Of a stretch of DNA of 64,000 nt, positions 23,006 through 38,640 are shown one piece after another; position 1 is the first letter of the stretch, and each line of letters starts with the position of its first letter. The stretch is taken from the NCBI RefSeq assembly GCF_009914755.1, contig NC_060941.1. The stretch is one strand, 5' to 3'. Source of the stretch: the human T2T-CHM13v2.0 reference genome, Homo sapiens. The notes below the pieces were generated by a model. It did not search any database, was not told the origin of the DNA, and was given only the letters and a program-made list of their open reading frames with translations. The position numbers were made by a program, and so were the translations under genes.

Positions 23006-26000
23006 GAGATCCTAGAAGAAGGCTTGCTTAGAAGCAAAGTCCCCAAGCCTCAAACTCCAGGGAGGCTGCCCACAGAAGCTCTTTCAGTGGAGACACAACC
23101 AACTGGAATCAATCAACTGTAATCACAACCAACCAGGGCCTTCATTAACCCATGTGGTACCTTGGTGTGAATTTAAAAATGGTGGCTTTTCTGGGAAGAC
23201 AGAGGCCCAAAGGTACACTTGGCAAGGAGTATGCGAGTTGAGTTTTAGCCCCTACTTAGTCTCTTGACTGGGAGCTCCTGTGCTATGAGCAACCTGCAGG
23301 ACCAGACCTGGAAGCCTTGGAACTAACCTCTGACTGGGGCATCTGACTCATCCACTCCTATACAGTACTACCCTGCTCCTTAAACTTACCCCAAAATGGC
23401 CCCTGACTCTAGTGTTCTGCTACTCAGGTAGATCCTCACCTCTACCTGTTTAGAGATCTGCCAGTTACAGTGAATCTGACTGCTGCCTGCTTACGCATTT
23501 CGGCAGTTGCCTTGCCTCTCCTAAACCTTGAATATGGTGCATAGAATAAAATATAAGCCTTAAGTCATCTTGGTTACCATAAATCTCAGAATGATGCTTT
23601 TTCGATACTTATGCAATTCCTATTGCCCAATTTGAAAATGTCCTGGTTCATTTGAAAACAGTCCAGTTAGCTGCATAGAGCAGCAAGCTGTAAATTGTAT
23701 CTGAAAGACCGCTGGCTTCAAACCATTGGGATTCTGAGTCATCTGTTTGGTGGTCTGACTTTGATCCCAGCCTCCAGCCTCTGGGTCCCCCTGGTCTAGG
23801 TGACACCTCTCCAAACAGTGTTGAGCTTACTCCTCAAAGGCAGAGGACAGAAGCGGATTCTGAAAAACTCTGCGTTCAGTCTGACATTCCCTGTTCTTTT
23901 CCCGCACCTTCCCCATGAAATAGCAGACTCGAAAATAAAATTTACTCATGCCCTCATGACTGACTGACTACCCCCAACCCAGGGGGTTCTCCCGTCCTTA
24001 ATCTCCTCCATTTTAGTTATACCATGGGGACTTCAGGTAGGCTGCAGGAGTAGATGCTGGCCCACATTTCCATCAGTCCTTGCTAGGGACAGTGTTACAC
24101 TGCTTGGTAATTGATAAATCCCCACTCTGGGTGCACAGTCCCCTCTCCCCAACTGAGCTAAGATGTGGGCTATTGATGCTTTCATGCCCAGCCCAACCAT
24201 GAATCAGTTGACTTCCAGTCAATCATTCCTCCTCGTACCCACCAGGAACAACACTAACAACTGAGGCAAGAATGCAAAGCCACAACCTAAAAGAAAACAG
24301 ACACATTGTTCCATCTGATCTACTGACAGCTAAGACAGTCACTCCATGGAGTACACAGGAGATTCGCAGGCTGCTGCCAGGGCTCATTCTGTTCTTGTCT
24401 TTCCTATGACTTTACTCAGGATTCCATTATCAGCAACTTCACCCTCCAGCTCTCTCCATCCTCCTATGAAAGCCTCAGGGACATAGAAATAAGCTTGTCT
24501 TTGTAAAATGTGCCAGGATCTCCGTCTTAGATAAAAGACGACTATGAGAAAAGAAATTATTTCATTCCACTATGTTCCATTTGATTTCTGCTTTCAAGCA
24601 ATAAACCACCATGGCTTGAGATGCTTCTAGTGTTTCATGGAGAATTGGGACTATTTCCCCAACATGCCCTGCTCTTCATTCCTCTTTGCTTCTTCCCTTT
24701 TTGACTCCTTGGACCCGAGGGGCGACCATGAGTGGCGAAATTTCTGACCAGCTAGAATACCAGGCAGGTGCAGGCTCTTGAAGCACCAAGACTGGCTCAA
24801 GAGATTGTAAATGGATCAGTCAAGTGCATGCACCACTGACGGCCAGTCAGGAGAGCTTCCATTTGTTAAAAATATAAAGGACATTCCTATCATCAAGCAT
24901 CACAATTAGGCAATCTCAAAGAAAACAATATTAGCTCTACTTGGCCTATGTTACATGCTCTAAGAAAGTATTTTAGAAAAGTTTTTTTTTTCAACATAAA
25001 TTTATTGAAGGATCAAACGTGTTCTCTTTCTTGGTCTCTTTAGCTCGTAAAGTCGTTTTGGGGATTTCGTGAATCTGGCAAATAAAACAAAACACCAATG
25101 AAACGCTGAGAAATGATTATTTCCCTTATGTATTTTAGCGGCCTCCAGGCAGACCTGATAAATATTCAGCGAGTGATTAGCTGGTGCATCCCCACCTGCG
25201 TCCTTTGCATAGCCATGCCCGCTACTCTTTCACAGGCAGTTTTACTTGGTAAGTTACAAACGTACTGGCTGCACTCTGCACCTGACAGTATTGCAGTAAT
25301 TAGCTTGGGATGCAAAATGATTTCTAAATTAAGGTCCTGGACTTGTAAAATCAAGAAAGCCTGATAATCAACATCGTCGCTCTGGTGGCCATTGAATAAC
25401 GGGATAAATACCTAAGACAAGTCCTTTAACCATCCCACGTGGTGATAAATGCCCGACGTACAAATTAAAAGTCTCTACCACACGCAGGTGAAATAAGGTA
25501 TAGGTCAAGAAGAGAAGGTAGGGGAAAGGGTCAATGCTTAATTATTTAAAAATCGCTCTCTTCCTCCTGTAGGAAGGTCTAGGGGCTAGGTCTTTTAGTG
25601 CACACGTGATGAAAGTGACATTTTGGCCAGGTGAAACCTCAAGCTGGTACAGGCAGCTAAAACACGGGCGTCGTGCCCTGGAGACACCGGGGGTCCTGAG
25701 GATGGGGAAGGGGCTCCCTGCTGCGGGTGCTGAGGGGTTAGGAGGTGAGCACCGGGCGGGAGGCTCCGGGGCAGGGGCTGCGCGTGGAGCCCACTCCCGG
25801 ACGCGGGCTCCTCTCGGCCCGGCACGGGTGGCGCAGGACTCCGAGCCCGTCGACAAGAGAGAGAGCGGGAGTGGGAGAAGGAAGACCGGGAGAGGAGGAG
25901 GCCGGGCGGCAAGAGCGGAAGAAGAGGAGGAGAACTGAGGCGGAGGAGGGCGAGAGGGAGGAGAGCCGGGCGCAGGAAGGGGAGGAAAGAAAAAGGCGGC

Positions 26001-26067
26001 GGAGGAGCGCGGACCCGCCACTCCCGGCCTCCTCCCCCGCATCCCCACTCGGGCCGGCCCTCCCCCG

Positions 26068-26103
<36 letters not shown>
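26068..26103 (+). repeat. (GCC)12 trinucleotide microsatellite in promoter
   Basis: 12 uninterrupted GCC units read directly. Confidence 0.97.
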
Positions 26104-26346
26104 TCCCCTTGCCCAGTGTTCCCAGCACCGCAAGGCACTCGCTGCCTCCTCCGCACTCGGTCCGGTCCGCTCAGCGCCGCCGCCGCCGCACCCTCGCCGC
26201 ACCCCCGCGCGCGCCCGGCCCGCGCGCCCCCGCCGCTCGTCCTCGCGGCCTCGCGCTCGGGGCATGCGCGGTGGGCGGTGCCGCTCCGGGCCGCCTCTGC
26301 CGCCGCGAGTAGGAAGCGCGAGCGCCGGGCACCGGGCTGTCAGTGA

Positions 26347-26751
<405 letters not shown>

Positions 26752-27292
26752 TAGGTGCCGGGCCGGGCACTCCTGCCCCGCTCCTCCCCGCCTCCGGGTC
26801 CCGGCACCCGGCGCTCCGGCGCGTCCGCCCCGGGGCTGGCTCACTCCGATAACTTGGAACCGGCGGGAGTCCGAACTCTTCGCCCGGAGTGACACGCGCG
26901 CCCGGCCCTGACACCGGCGGGCAGGACTCCCGGGACGTCGCCGTCCCGCCACACACACCCCCTGGCGCGAGAGGGAGGCTGGCCCCGTACGGTGGCGAAG
27001 GGGATCCCTCTCCGGGCCGGGCCCCTCACCTCCCCGGGCGCGCCCACCCGCACGCACCCAGCGGAGCGGCCGCTTGCCGGGGTGTGAGCCCAGGGGACAG
27101 GGGAGGAGGAGAGGCCCTAAGGGGGCAAAGGTTCCCGGAGAAACGCGCCCCGGAGTAACGGGGGAGCGGCGGCGATTGCACTGCGCGCGGTCCAAGTTGC
27201 TGGCGAGCCAGGCTGGGCGCGTTCGGGGTGGGGGGGTTGTGTTTGTGCTTCCCATCGGGCTGGACTGCGCTGGCATCTTGGGCCCCTGCCTA

Positions 27293-27760
<468 letters not shown>

Positions 27761-27855
27761 TTAGACCTGTAACCCTGTTGATGAGGGCAGAGGCCTTATT
27801 TAAGAAAAATAATATAAGGGCCAGAGGTCAGAGATCAGGTAATCGCCAATGAATT

Positions 27856-28070
27856 CAGGCATTCTTAACTCGGAGGGTCCCTGGGGGCTTATGGAGAATC
27901 GATACATAGAAGGGCTTCAGGGGTCTCTGAACCCTGTAAAACTGAGGGAAATTGTGTTTGTGAATCTTTTTCCTGGTGAGAGAATTACAGCTTTCATCTG
28001 ATCCTCAAAAGGTGTGTGACCCTTCTTCCCAGATCCCCGTCACCACACAAAAGTTTTGAAAGCTGGAACT
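27856..28070. mobile_element. Old hAT-type DNA transposon relic (MER103-like)
   Basis: caggcattcttaac...gggcttcaggggtctctgaaccc...agctttcatctgatcctcaaaagg resembles a recalled consensus. Confidence 0.5.
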
Positions 28071-29821
28071 AAAGGAGCTCTAGGTCCTCTAGTTAGAGCA
28101 GCAGTAGTTTGGTTTTTCTTTTAAGTTGCCCGACGTCCTGACTCTTCTACCTCTTCTTTGTGGTGTAGGAAGTTCCGGGCAAGACAGAGCTATGGCTAGG
28201 GCTTCTTAGCTCCCTCTCCTTCTAGGCCAGGGGGAGCTGCACAGGGTGGCAGTCACGGAGTGAATCCTGCCACCAGCCAGCTGTGTGGCACAGGTATCTT
28301 GGGCCACTAGGGTGAGCATAGTATGGATGGCTCTGTCGGAATCCATCACACCTGGGGAAAAACATCCCAAAGGGCAGGTCCCATGATCGTGGTGCGAATA
28401 AGGTGTTTAATTTTTCCTTTCCTTTTTAGACATCTGCTCCCAAGTACACTTTTATGAAAAGCACAGCCACCTCTATGAGTGATTTCCACTGTCTAGTCGG
28501 CATATGAAGCGACTGTGCTCAAAGGAGTAGGTAGTCGTAGATAAGGCTATTTAAAATAAAAATTTCGGAGCATCAGGGCAAAGAGAATATTGCATTTGGT
28601 TAAGAGGAGGTCAGCTGTGAGAGTCCATTAAAAGGGAACAGACTGCTGGTGACTTTTGCAGGAAGTAGGAGAGTTAGAAAGGGACTTGCAGCATACTGAG
28701 GCTAGCTATTGTCTTTCCACTATCAGTTGCCCTTGAAGGATCAGCCCCTGGTGAGCTGAAGAGGCGCTCAGGTCACCACCAGTATTGTGAAGTGGAAAAT
28801 GCCCCCCTGAGGATCCCTGCAGCACTCTGCATTTAATTGTAAACCAACCAATTGGAAGTCCCAGGAAACCATCCACGGGGATTGTCTTTTTCAGTTTGCT
28901 TTCATTATTGCTTCTACGGGGTCCTTGATTTACACGTTTATTTCAATATTAAATCACTGATATTTTTAAGCGAAATGTTTAGAGTTAGATATGGTTTTTA
29001 GTAGGGGGGATGACTCTAAGTTAATTTTAAAAGTATGTGAAATACTTTGTACATGAAACATTCTATGTGAAGCAAGAGATTATGACTCTCAACCTTCCGA
29101 AGAAATTTTAATGCAGTTCATTCTGGTAGAACAATACCTGCAATTGAACGTCCACGTCAGGGTTCTCTGCTTACAGAGTAAATTCTCTAAAGTCATGTAC
29201 AAGAACAAAATAGCCTCCCTATGTGCTTTGAATGCTATTGGTTCTCAGTAGAAATTAGATCGTGGTCATCTCAAATGCAAACAATAGGAATTATATTTTC
29301 TAAGATCTGGTTTCTTAAGCCAACATTAAATGTTAAAAGTGATGCCGTTTGGCAGTTTCTAGACATGTGATATTTTAAACAAAAAGAAGCCACTTTGTTA
29401 TCTTTAGGGAGATAAAAACAATTTTCATTTGGTCTTCAGGAACAAAATAAGCAACTTCCTTTTACAATTTTAACCATAAACTGTTTTGTTACTTGAATAT
29501 TGTGTTGTAGCCAACAAGTTTGAATATACAGTCATGTTCTTGTCTTGAAATTTTAGTATTGATAACATAGTATAAAAAATTGGAAAAAAGGTTGATACAT
29601 CGAAATAGTTCAGTGATCCTTTATAGGCAAGATTTTTTTCCCCCCAAGGTTGAATTTACACAGTAATCTGACTAGATATTTAGGTATGTTTTTTTCTATT
29701 AAATCATTGGGTTTCACATACAAACCTTTAGTGGTAGAGTACTTGGTCACATAACTTGTTTAAAATATGCTATCCAACAGAAAATATGTTAAGATATTTT
29801 GTTCTTGTTTTTGTTTTTCAG

Positions 29822-29853
29822 GGGGTTTGGGAAACAAGGCTTCCAGTGCCAAG
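29822..29853 (+). CDS. PRKCA: Protein kinase C alpha, coding exon 2 (32 nt, C1A domain)
   Basis: Acceptor ttgtttttgtttttcag, donor AAG|GTAAGC. Completes the split W codon and reads GFGKQGFQCQ, the expected continuation of C1A. Phase is consistent with exon 1. Confidence 0.98.
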
Positions 29854-31559
29854 GTAAGCTACCACTTTTGGTTTTATTTTCAAGCACAACATGAAATAAG
29901 CATTCCAAACAAGAACATTATTTCCAGTCATATTTTCTTTCCAATAAAAAAATGTTATTTAGATAATTTTGAAATATGAGGGCTGTAAATTTGGGCCTTA
30001 AAAAATAATTGGGGCCTACTAATCTGCATATAGAGCTGCCTTTTTCTCATTGGAAAAAAAAAAAAAAAGCCTTTCTGTAATTTTATTTTTTGCCGAGAAC
30101 ATTCTTGTCAGAAACTGCTGTCTTTGTGTGGGTGTTGAGAAAAAAATGGAATCACTTTGTATTCAAGTGGCTTTTCTTCCTTGTTCTTCCTCTTTGTTTT
30201 TATTCTTCATCGCTTTTACTTATGTATTGAGTTGGACTCACTGCAACTAATTTTAGGCCGTATTTCATTCTAGTAAGGGTTTGTTTTGTTTAGAATACCA
30301 GTTGTCATCGAGAACAAAGTTTGCATGTTTTAAAGTTTTGTTGATGATTTGATGACTGATTTCTATGGTATGACTATGTAGCATGCTTTCCTTTCAGCTT
30401 ACATATCTGACAAAACGTGATACCAGCCATCACATACAGAAAGAAATCCATTTGCTTCACCCTCTGATCTGTAATTGCATTTCACACACATCGAATATCT
30501 AACTTTTTGTACTCTCCATTCTAATTGTTTGACTTTTCCTTTTTGAAGAAACCCACTTTAGAGCTTGTGAAGGCATCACAGGCTCATTAGCTAACTTTTC
30601 TGGCTCTCCTGCTCATTGTCTATATTGTGTTTATTTAGTTCTGGTTCCATTTCCCATCTGGGCATAGATTTATTATTAGGGCAAGCAGAAAGTACATTCT
30701 AGCCTGGAAAATATTATCCTAACACTGTTTAATATTAAGTGCATTAGAGAGAAAGGCACTGTGTACTTTTTTACAACTTTGAGATTGTGCTAGTAAATTG
30801 GTTGCCTTTTAAAAACTAGTTCAAATTTGTGAACTTGTTTCTTGTATACATTTTCTAAACATATTTTAGATGGGAGTATTTTATGGTATGATTATTCATT
30901 TAATATTCTACCTTCCTTTCTCCAAGATGTGCTTAAAACCCCTACTGAGTGTATCATTTTCAGAGTTGCATTTGAAAATCAAGGGATATTCCTTTTAAAA
31001 AGAGAAGAAAGAGAAAGATGTGTTATACCAGTCTCTACAAAAGATGAAAGGAAAATGTAGCTCTTTCTAGTTCTCAAAGTTGTGGGCCTGAACTTTATGG
31101 GTGAGATTTGAGCCTAGGCTTGAACATGACTTTAGGGAGTTTAAAGATGTAAGGTTCTGGGCCAATGTGATTGACATCTGTTATTTTTGGTGATATTTTT
31201 CGTTTGGGTGGGGACTTACATAAATCTATAAGAAAATTTTTGTACTGAATCTTCTCCATACTGCTTGTCTGGGAGAAAGTGGTTGTCTTGTTCTAAAACT
31301 TTTATCATTTTCTGCATAAATAAAAAATAAGGTTGATTAGAATAAGGTTGGTTCCTCTTAGACCCGCTCATCTGAGCAGATTTTGTGGAAATCACAGTGG
31401 CCGTATTACTAGGCTCTAGGGGGTTTTGCATGATTTCCCCCAGAGCATCTCTTGAACTTTTAGTGGATTAGCAGATTAATAGTTTCATGGCAACATAACT
31501 CCCTTTTACCTAAATTAAAAAAGTGAAACCCATAAAAATTTTAAACTGTATAAAATAAA

Positions 31560-32170
31560 AAGTGAAATTGCATATGCTTCTCTTTTCCCTCCTCCAGAGA
31601 TAACTTCTGTTTGAGACAACCATTCGTTCACTCACTCACACATACTTAGTTTTTAAAAGGAGATCAAAATTTTATACGACTTTGCAACTTGCTCTTTTCA
31701 CTCAGCAGTAGATGGTGGATATTCTTCCACATCAAAGCATCAGTTCTGCCTTACTCTGCTTAGTGGCTGCATGTGTGGATGTATCCAATTTATTCACCCA
31801 TTCCTCTATCAAGGGGTATTTTGTAATTCGTTCTTACTAGTACAAATACCTTTGTCAAGAGCATTATTGGACACTAGTATAGGTATTTCTACAATAGATA
31901 GCCAGAAGTGTGTATGTGTGCATCTTACATTTTAACGGGTGCTGCTAAATTGCTCTTCAAGAGTTCCAGTGCACATTTTTTTGTATTAATGGGACTTCCT
32001 CTTCATTTTTACCAGTGAAGATATCGGGTAATATACATCTTTTACATTTTTTACCAATCTGGTAGGTGAAAAGGGGCCCCTCTTTTAGATTTCCATCTCC
32101 TGCATTATGGGTGAGCTTGAACTTTTTTTTTCAAATGTGTTTTAGCCATTTGTGTTGTGTGAATTGCCTT
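31560..32170 (-). mobile_element. Old L1 (L1ME-like) 3' fragment
   Basis: tttgcaacttgctcttttcactc, tttattcacccattcctctatc and tgctaaattgctcttcaa motifs. Confidence 0.55.
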
Positions 32171-35059
32171 ACTCTACCTAATATTTGAAACTCTGGATTT
32201 ACAAACCAGACAAATTAGAGAAGTGACTATGTGCTTTCTATATAGTTCTTTGCTTTGGTGAAGAATTTAACCTCAGATCTCTTTAAATAATGAATTACCC
32301 TAGTGCGTTTACAAATTACAGTTCACAGAGACCTTTTCCAATAGTATACATTTATTTGTAACATGCTGTCTGCTTGTTATATTTTGTTTACTGTGTCTCA
32401 TCTGTATTTGACTTCTAGTAGGCATATGCTAGTCCATTGTATTTTATTGTTTGTTGTAACTTAAGAAGGATATGTTACCTCAGGGTGATGCTTTTAATCC
32501 CACAAATATAGTTACCCAGCATTTTCTGTTTTGGCTCCTACCGCAAAATTAATCTTTCTATTAACATCTGACTATCGTAGAGTGAAGTTTTCTTTTAATG
32601 CTCTCTAATTTTGTTTTTTTTTTCCTCGGTTTTGTTTGATAGAACATCATTCTTCTGCAGGAGAATAACTCATTCTCATTCATACCTTTGGCAACACACT
32701 CTCTGGAAATGACAGCTGGAGTTTGAAACTGCTTTTTGTATTCCTCATACATCAGATTATTTTTACCCGATGAGGCAGTGCTTTCTGTCCACTAGTATGT
32801 AGTATGTTGCTTTGGTTAGTAGGTAAAATATCTGCAGCAAGCATAGTTTTTCTTTTTTTAACTAGAGGGGTGTGTATGCTCCCAGTGACTCACATATTCA
32901 TGCAGTAAGTAATATAGCTTTAGATCCAAAATATTTATCTTCATTTTACTTAGTAAATGGTGAGTAGGTATTTGAAGACTAAAGAAATAAGTGAGTTTTA
33001 GTCCTTAAAACTGGGTTTGTAATTTATGCCATTTAGAGAATGGCATCTTACAAGCATGTGAAGTACTAAAGTTATTTCTACTTTCATTTATGTTGTATCT
33101 TGGGGAAGGGAAGGGCGTTTCTCTGGAGAGACTTATTGGCTTATTCTCATGTTCCCTTCATGGACTCTGTGCCATTCTTCTTTATATTGCAATATAGGTA
33201 TACAATCCTGAAAACTGATATTACCAGGGCAAGTAACACAGGATCCCGTTGTCAGAATTTGCTGCCTGAAACGGTGAAACCAAGGGCCATTCTTCTGGGG
33301 AGGAGAAAGATGAGTGTGTAGTAGATTTCCAAGTGGGAAATACTTTTCTTAAGGTCCTCAGAGATAAAGACAAGCGTGTTCCTTCACAGCTCTGAAGTGA
33401 CCCTTTTTACATGACTTGGAGTTGCCTTCTTATTTTTGGTTGAATGTTTTTTTGCTTGATGTACCCCTAGCACTCATTTCATCTCCATAAAACTAGCAGA
33501 GATCTAGTCCTTGCCCACTTTTTTTTTCCCCCGTCAGAGAAAGGAGAAGAAGACAGGAAGTAGATTTGTGTGGTATGGACATTGATGAAGTTGAGTTTCA
33601 AGTCTGGAAGGTCTGTTTCCAGTTGGTAGTTTCTGTCTTGCACTGGCTACTTCCAAAGTCAGTCGTCAGAGAACAGAGCGATCCACTGTACTGCTCAAAT
33701 GCACTCTTTCTCTGGGGCAGTGGAGCTGAAACAGTGTTATCCACTGCTTTCAGTACTGGAAAAGGGAAAGAGCCAACTCGATTTTTTTCCCCCTCCTTAG
33801 GCGGAGCAACACCCATGCACTTCTCTAATTACAGTGGTAGAAACAGCCTCTCAAAATGTGACCTGCCTATTTCAAATGCCAAACAGTTAACATAGTTTGT
33901 TTCATCTGCCTAACCTCCACTTGTTTTCTCTAATTTTTTTTTTTTTTTGCTATTCTTTGTCTTTTAATATCACAAATGAAAATGTGCTACAAACCTAGGC
34001 TCTTTGATGAGGTGAAGATACTCAAGAGACAGCGTGAGAATTAAGCTCTGTCAGTAACCATGACCAACAGGAGCCTGTTGTCCCTGAATGATCGTCACTG
34101 GATTTTGAGGGGTCTGCTGGGAAAGAATTTACATTTTTGTGCTTTCAATGATGCTACTAAAGTTGTTTTGAATCTTGAGTCATTTCCCTGCTAAGAACAT
34201 AACACATATTGTACTTCATCTGTGACTTCAACTGAAGCTCTGCATTTTTCAGTGTTAAGGGTTAAAAAATCAGCTACTCTTCCCCTTTGATATTTTGTTT
34301 TGAAGGCCTGTTTCAGAGAAGGTATTTGCATTGGCTCATCTGAGCAGGGTGGTGATTTCTATTCCTTCTGTAAGAATGAAAGTTGGTGTTTAAGGGAAGA
34401 AAAAAAAGAATGAGTCTCCTCTTGGCTGTGTGAGCTGAGGGATTCCAGAAAACAAGACTACTTAAGGAAGGTGGCCTTTAAACAGAAAGGGGGCAGTAGC
34501 GAGTGAGTCACCAGCCTTTCAGAAAAGGGATGCGCCGTTGTCCTCATCCGCCACGGTGTTCTGAGAGCTGAGTTGTATGGACACCAAGTACCAGGAGATA
34601 GGAGACTGAGGTACAAGTTGGGTGGAATCATGAGGTAGGCCAGATTGAGCAGAGGATCTGTCTGTCCTCCCTATGGCCAACTTGAGCAGAGGATCTGTCC
34701 TCCCTATGTACTGCATTGACCGCTGCTTGCACTGTGTGGCCTCTGGCTGCCCGCTGGTTTTCAAAGTTAGTGCCAGGGTTTTCCATTATTCTGTCTTCAG
34801 GAGGGGTTCAGCCCTTGGTACCTCAGTTTTGATTGGTTACCCATCCCCAAATTGTAAGTTATGTTAATTAGAGATAAACTCTTGGAGGTTTAGTTCCAAA
34901 AAGATAGAATGCATGGAAGACTGAGTATAATTTGAAACCTAGAGTTTTTGTAGTAATGCCAGGTCAAAGCATTATCTCAGTCTCAAAGATGAAATGGTCA
35001 GTAATGCCTGAATTACAGAGAAAAGTGGTGGAGGTGGACAGTTAGAACTGCCTTTCTGT

Positions 35060-35422
<363 letters not shown>

Positions 35423-35692
35423 TTAGAAGTAGGGATGGTTAGATAAAACTAGTGTTGAGTGTTCCCATTTGGTGCTATATACTTGTTATAAAATGATTTC
35501 TGATTAATGACTTTCTGAATTGCTACTCTTTTACTTTATACGGTAAGTGAAAGTGTTTCGTTAATTTATTCACACATCAATCCTACCCCCGCCACCAGAA
35601 GCTGGGGTTGTAGCATATGGAGAGGCTATTTATCCTCATAGGTCGTGAAAGCCGAATAAATGTTTACTTTTGCAGATAAATCTGATGTTTGA

Positions 35693-36007
<315 letters not shown>

Positions 36008-36458
36008 AGAGTTTCCTTTTCTTTACATTTTTTGGTGGTTTCCTGCCCTCCGAGTATTTCACTCTCCTGGATGATACTATTGAAATTTAAGTTTTTAGAC
36101 ACATTAACTCCTCACTTGCTCAATTGTTTTTCTTCATGCAGATTCAGAGTATTCCATTTCCAAATAGCATTAGTTTCACAGCTGCCCTATCAGGATAAGT
36201 CCAACTCCTTAGCAAGACATTGGAAGACTCTTAAAGTCTCCTGCCTGACCTCTTCAGACTTACCTACAATGCTTTCCTTCTTCCTATCCCTGGGTCATTG
36301 TGAATAAGTTGCAGTTTCCCAGAAAGTGCTTGTTTCAATTCTTTCCTCAACCCCGTTTGCCCAGATGATATCTGTTTCACCTGTTAAGTCTTAGTCTAAG
36401 GTTTAGCTCTGGTCTTTCCCAATTGTCCTATTCTACATGTTCTTCCTATCGTAGGACC

Positions 36459-36765
36459 TTTTTTTTTTTTTTTTTTTTGTGAGACAGAGTGTCACTCTGT
36501 CACCCAGGCTGGAGTGTGCAGTGGCACAGTCTCACTTCACTGCAACCTTTGCCTCCTGGGCTCAAGAAATTCTCATGCCTTAGCCTCCTGAGTAGCCGGG
36601 ATTACAGGCACATACCATGACACCCAGCTGATTTTTGTATTTTTAGTAGAGACGGGGTGTCGCCATGTTGGTCAGGCTAGTCTCGAACTCCTGACCTCAA
36701 GTGATCTGCCTGCCTCGGCATCCCAAAGTGCTGGGATTACAGGCGTGAGCTCCCGCGCCCCACCC
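36459..36765 (-). mobile_element. Alu (S-like)
   Basis: TSD cttcctatc(g/a)taggacctt. Confidence 0.94.
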
Positions 36766-38571
36766 TTCCTATCATAGGACCTTCACACTGTATCACCTCT
36801 CTACTTCTGTTTCCTCTGCCAGTTTTGAGTGCGAGGACTGAGTCTTATTTCTTTTTGTGTCTCCAGTGTGTAATGTGGTGCCTGACACTCAGTAGATACT
36901 ATGTAAATATTTGTTGGGTGTGTGATTATATAAATATTAAGAGATGTGATACAAGCATTCATAACCAGAAAGATCACAGTGACTTCTGCCTGGCTGCCTT
37001 TTCTATATTTTTTTAAAGCAAGTTTATAATCCAAAGTTGTGCCAACTAAGATCTTAGGATCATTAAAGAAAAAGTACTTTTAAAGCTAAGCATACTTATT
37101 CAAAAGAGGGAGCAGAAAATTCTACCTTTATGTATATAATAAGTTAACATATGTAATGGCTAAACCTAACACATTAACACTGCAGAAATAAACCACTTAA
37201 TGTGTCTTCTTTCTATCTTTAGAATATTATCCAAGCATCAAGAATAAATCTTATTGCACAAATAAAACAAGAGTGTATCATGGGCTATAGCAGGAGGGGG
37301 AAAATGTCTTGGGTATAGGGTGAGAAAGTAAAACCAGCTTTTAGTACTTGTTTGGTACAGTTATTTAAATGCTCTATTTTACTTTGAGATTGGTAATAAC
37401 TGGAGCTCAATCATCATGCTCCAGAGGGAGTAGTAGCTCAACTTCACTGATTCTGTTATTTTTAAAATTTTTGTACCTGAAAGGTTTTTGTGCGTTAATA
37501 CATTTTTTGTGCCTTAATACAAATAATAAAGGTTTTTGTGCTTTAATATGCAAGTAAATGTACATGAATGGCAGCGGCAGCTTTGGAGTGAAACAGCTGT
37601 GATTATGTTTATCATCACAGATTATAACGGTGATTAGAATCACTTTCAAGATTTTATTCAATTGAAAGGAAAGAAAATGGATATGTATTCAATGCTACAT
37701 TATGTCAGACATCTAGCTTTCATATTTTATATGCTTTCATTCCAAAAGCACCCCATAACAGGATGTTATCCCCATCTTAGAAATAGAGCTAAAGTACTTA
37801 ACCAGGCTGGTGGGGCGTGTCATGGGTTCAGATTCTAACGGTTCTGCAGAAAACATTCTTCAGAGCCAAGTGGAAACTTTTGGTATGAATGAAGCCCGGA
37901 TTTATATTAGGAGAGGAAAGAATGATGCCATTATGAAACATTTCTTGGTGACATAAAATTAAGGTTTCACTGTCCTCATCAGTCTGTCAAAATTTCCACG
38001 GCAGACCCTTTATTTCAGGTCTTGTTTTCCACCCAAACTGTGAAATCTCATGCTAAACTTAAGGCATGGCCACTTCAGTGTTGGCTGTGTCTAGTAGAAA
38101 TTGCTATAACTGCATTAAAAAAACTCTTTATTAAATTATACAAAAGGGAAAATGGTTTCTGGAAATAGATTTCTATCAAGGATGGAATGGAAGGGAATGA
38201 TTTGATTAATGGCCAGCACGAGATAAGAATTATTTGAGAGCAAGTCCATCAAGTAAGATTAGCGTAAGGGCAGTTCATCTTTAATGCCTTCTCTTGCTGT
38301 TCCCCCTCCAGTATCCATGAGCAATAGTAGATCCATCTGTCCCGTCCACGGTGACTGCAGTAGGTAGTTAGGAAATAAACCATAAGGATGTAAATATGAG
38401 ACATGAGTTTAGCTCTGACTTGGACAAGCTTCCTCAAGTTTGAGGGGATGGGTCAATGAGGGTCCAGTTAACAGTTGAATTGAGAGTAAAATTCTACTGT
38501 AGAGATTAACTCATGGTTTTACCGTCAGGAAAACTGGTAGTTTTGAGTTAATCTCTACGATAGAATTTCTT

Positions 38572-38590
38572 TCTCTCTCTCTCTCTCTAG

Positions 38591-38640
<50 letters not shown>

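Noticed and set aside
23290-23600. Possible ancient LTR (AATAAA at ~23545), likewise 1-330
   Set aside because: No termini, TSD or family motif that I could recognise with confidence.
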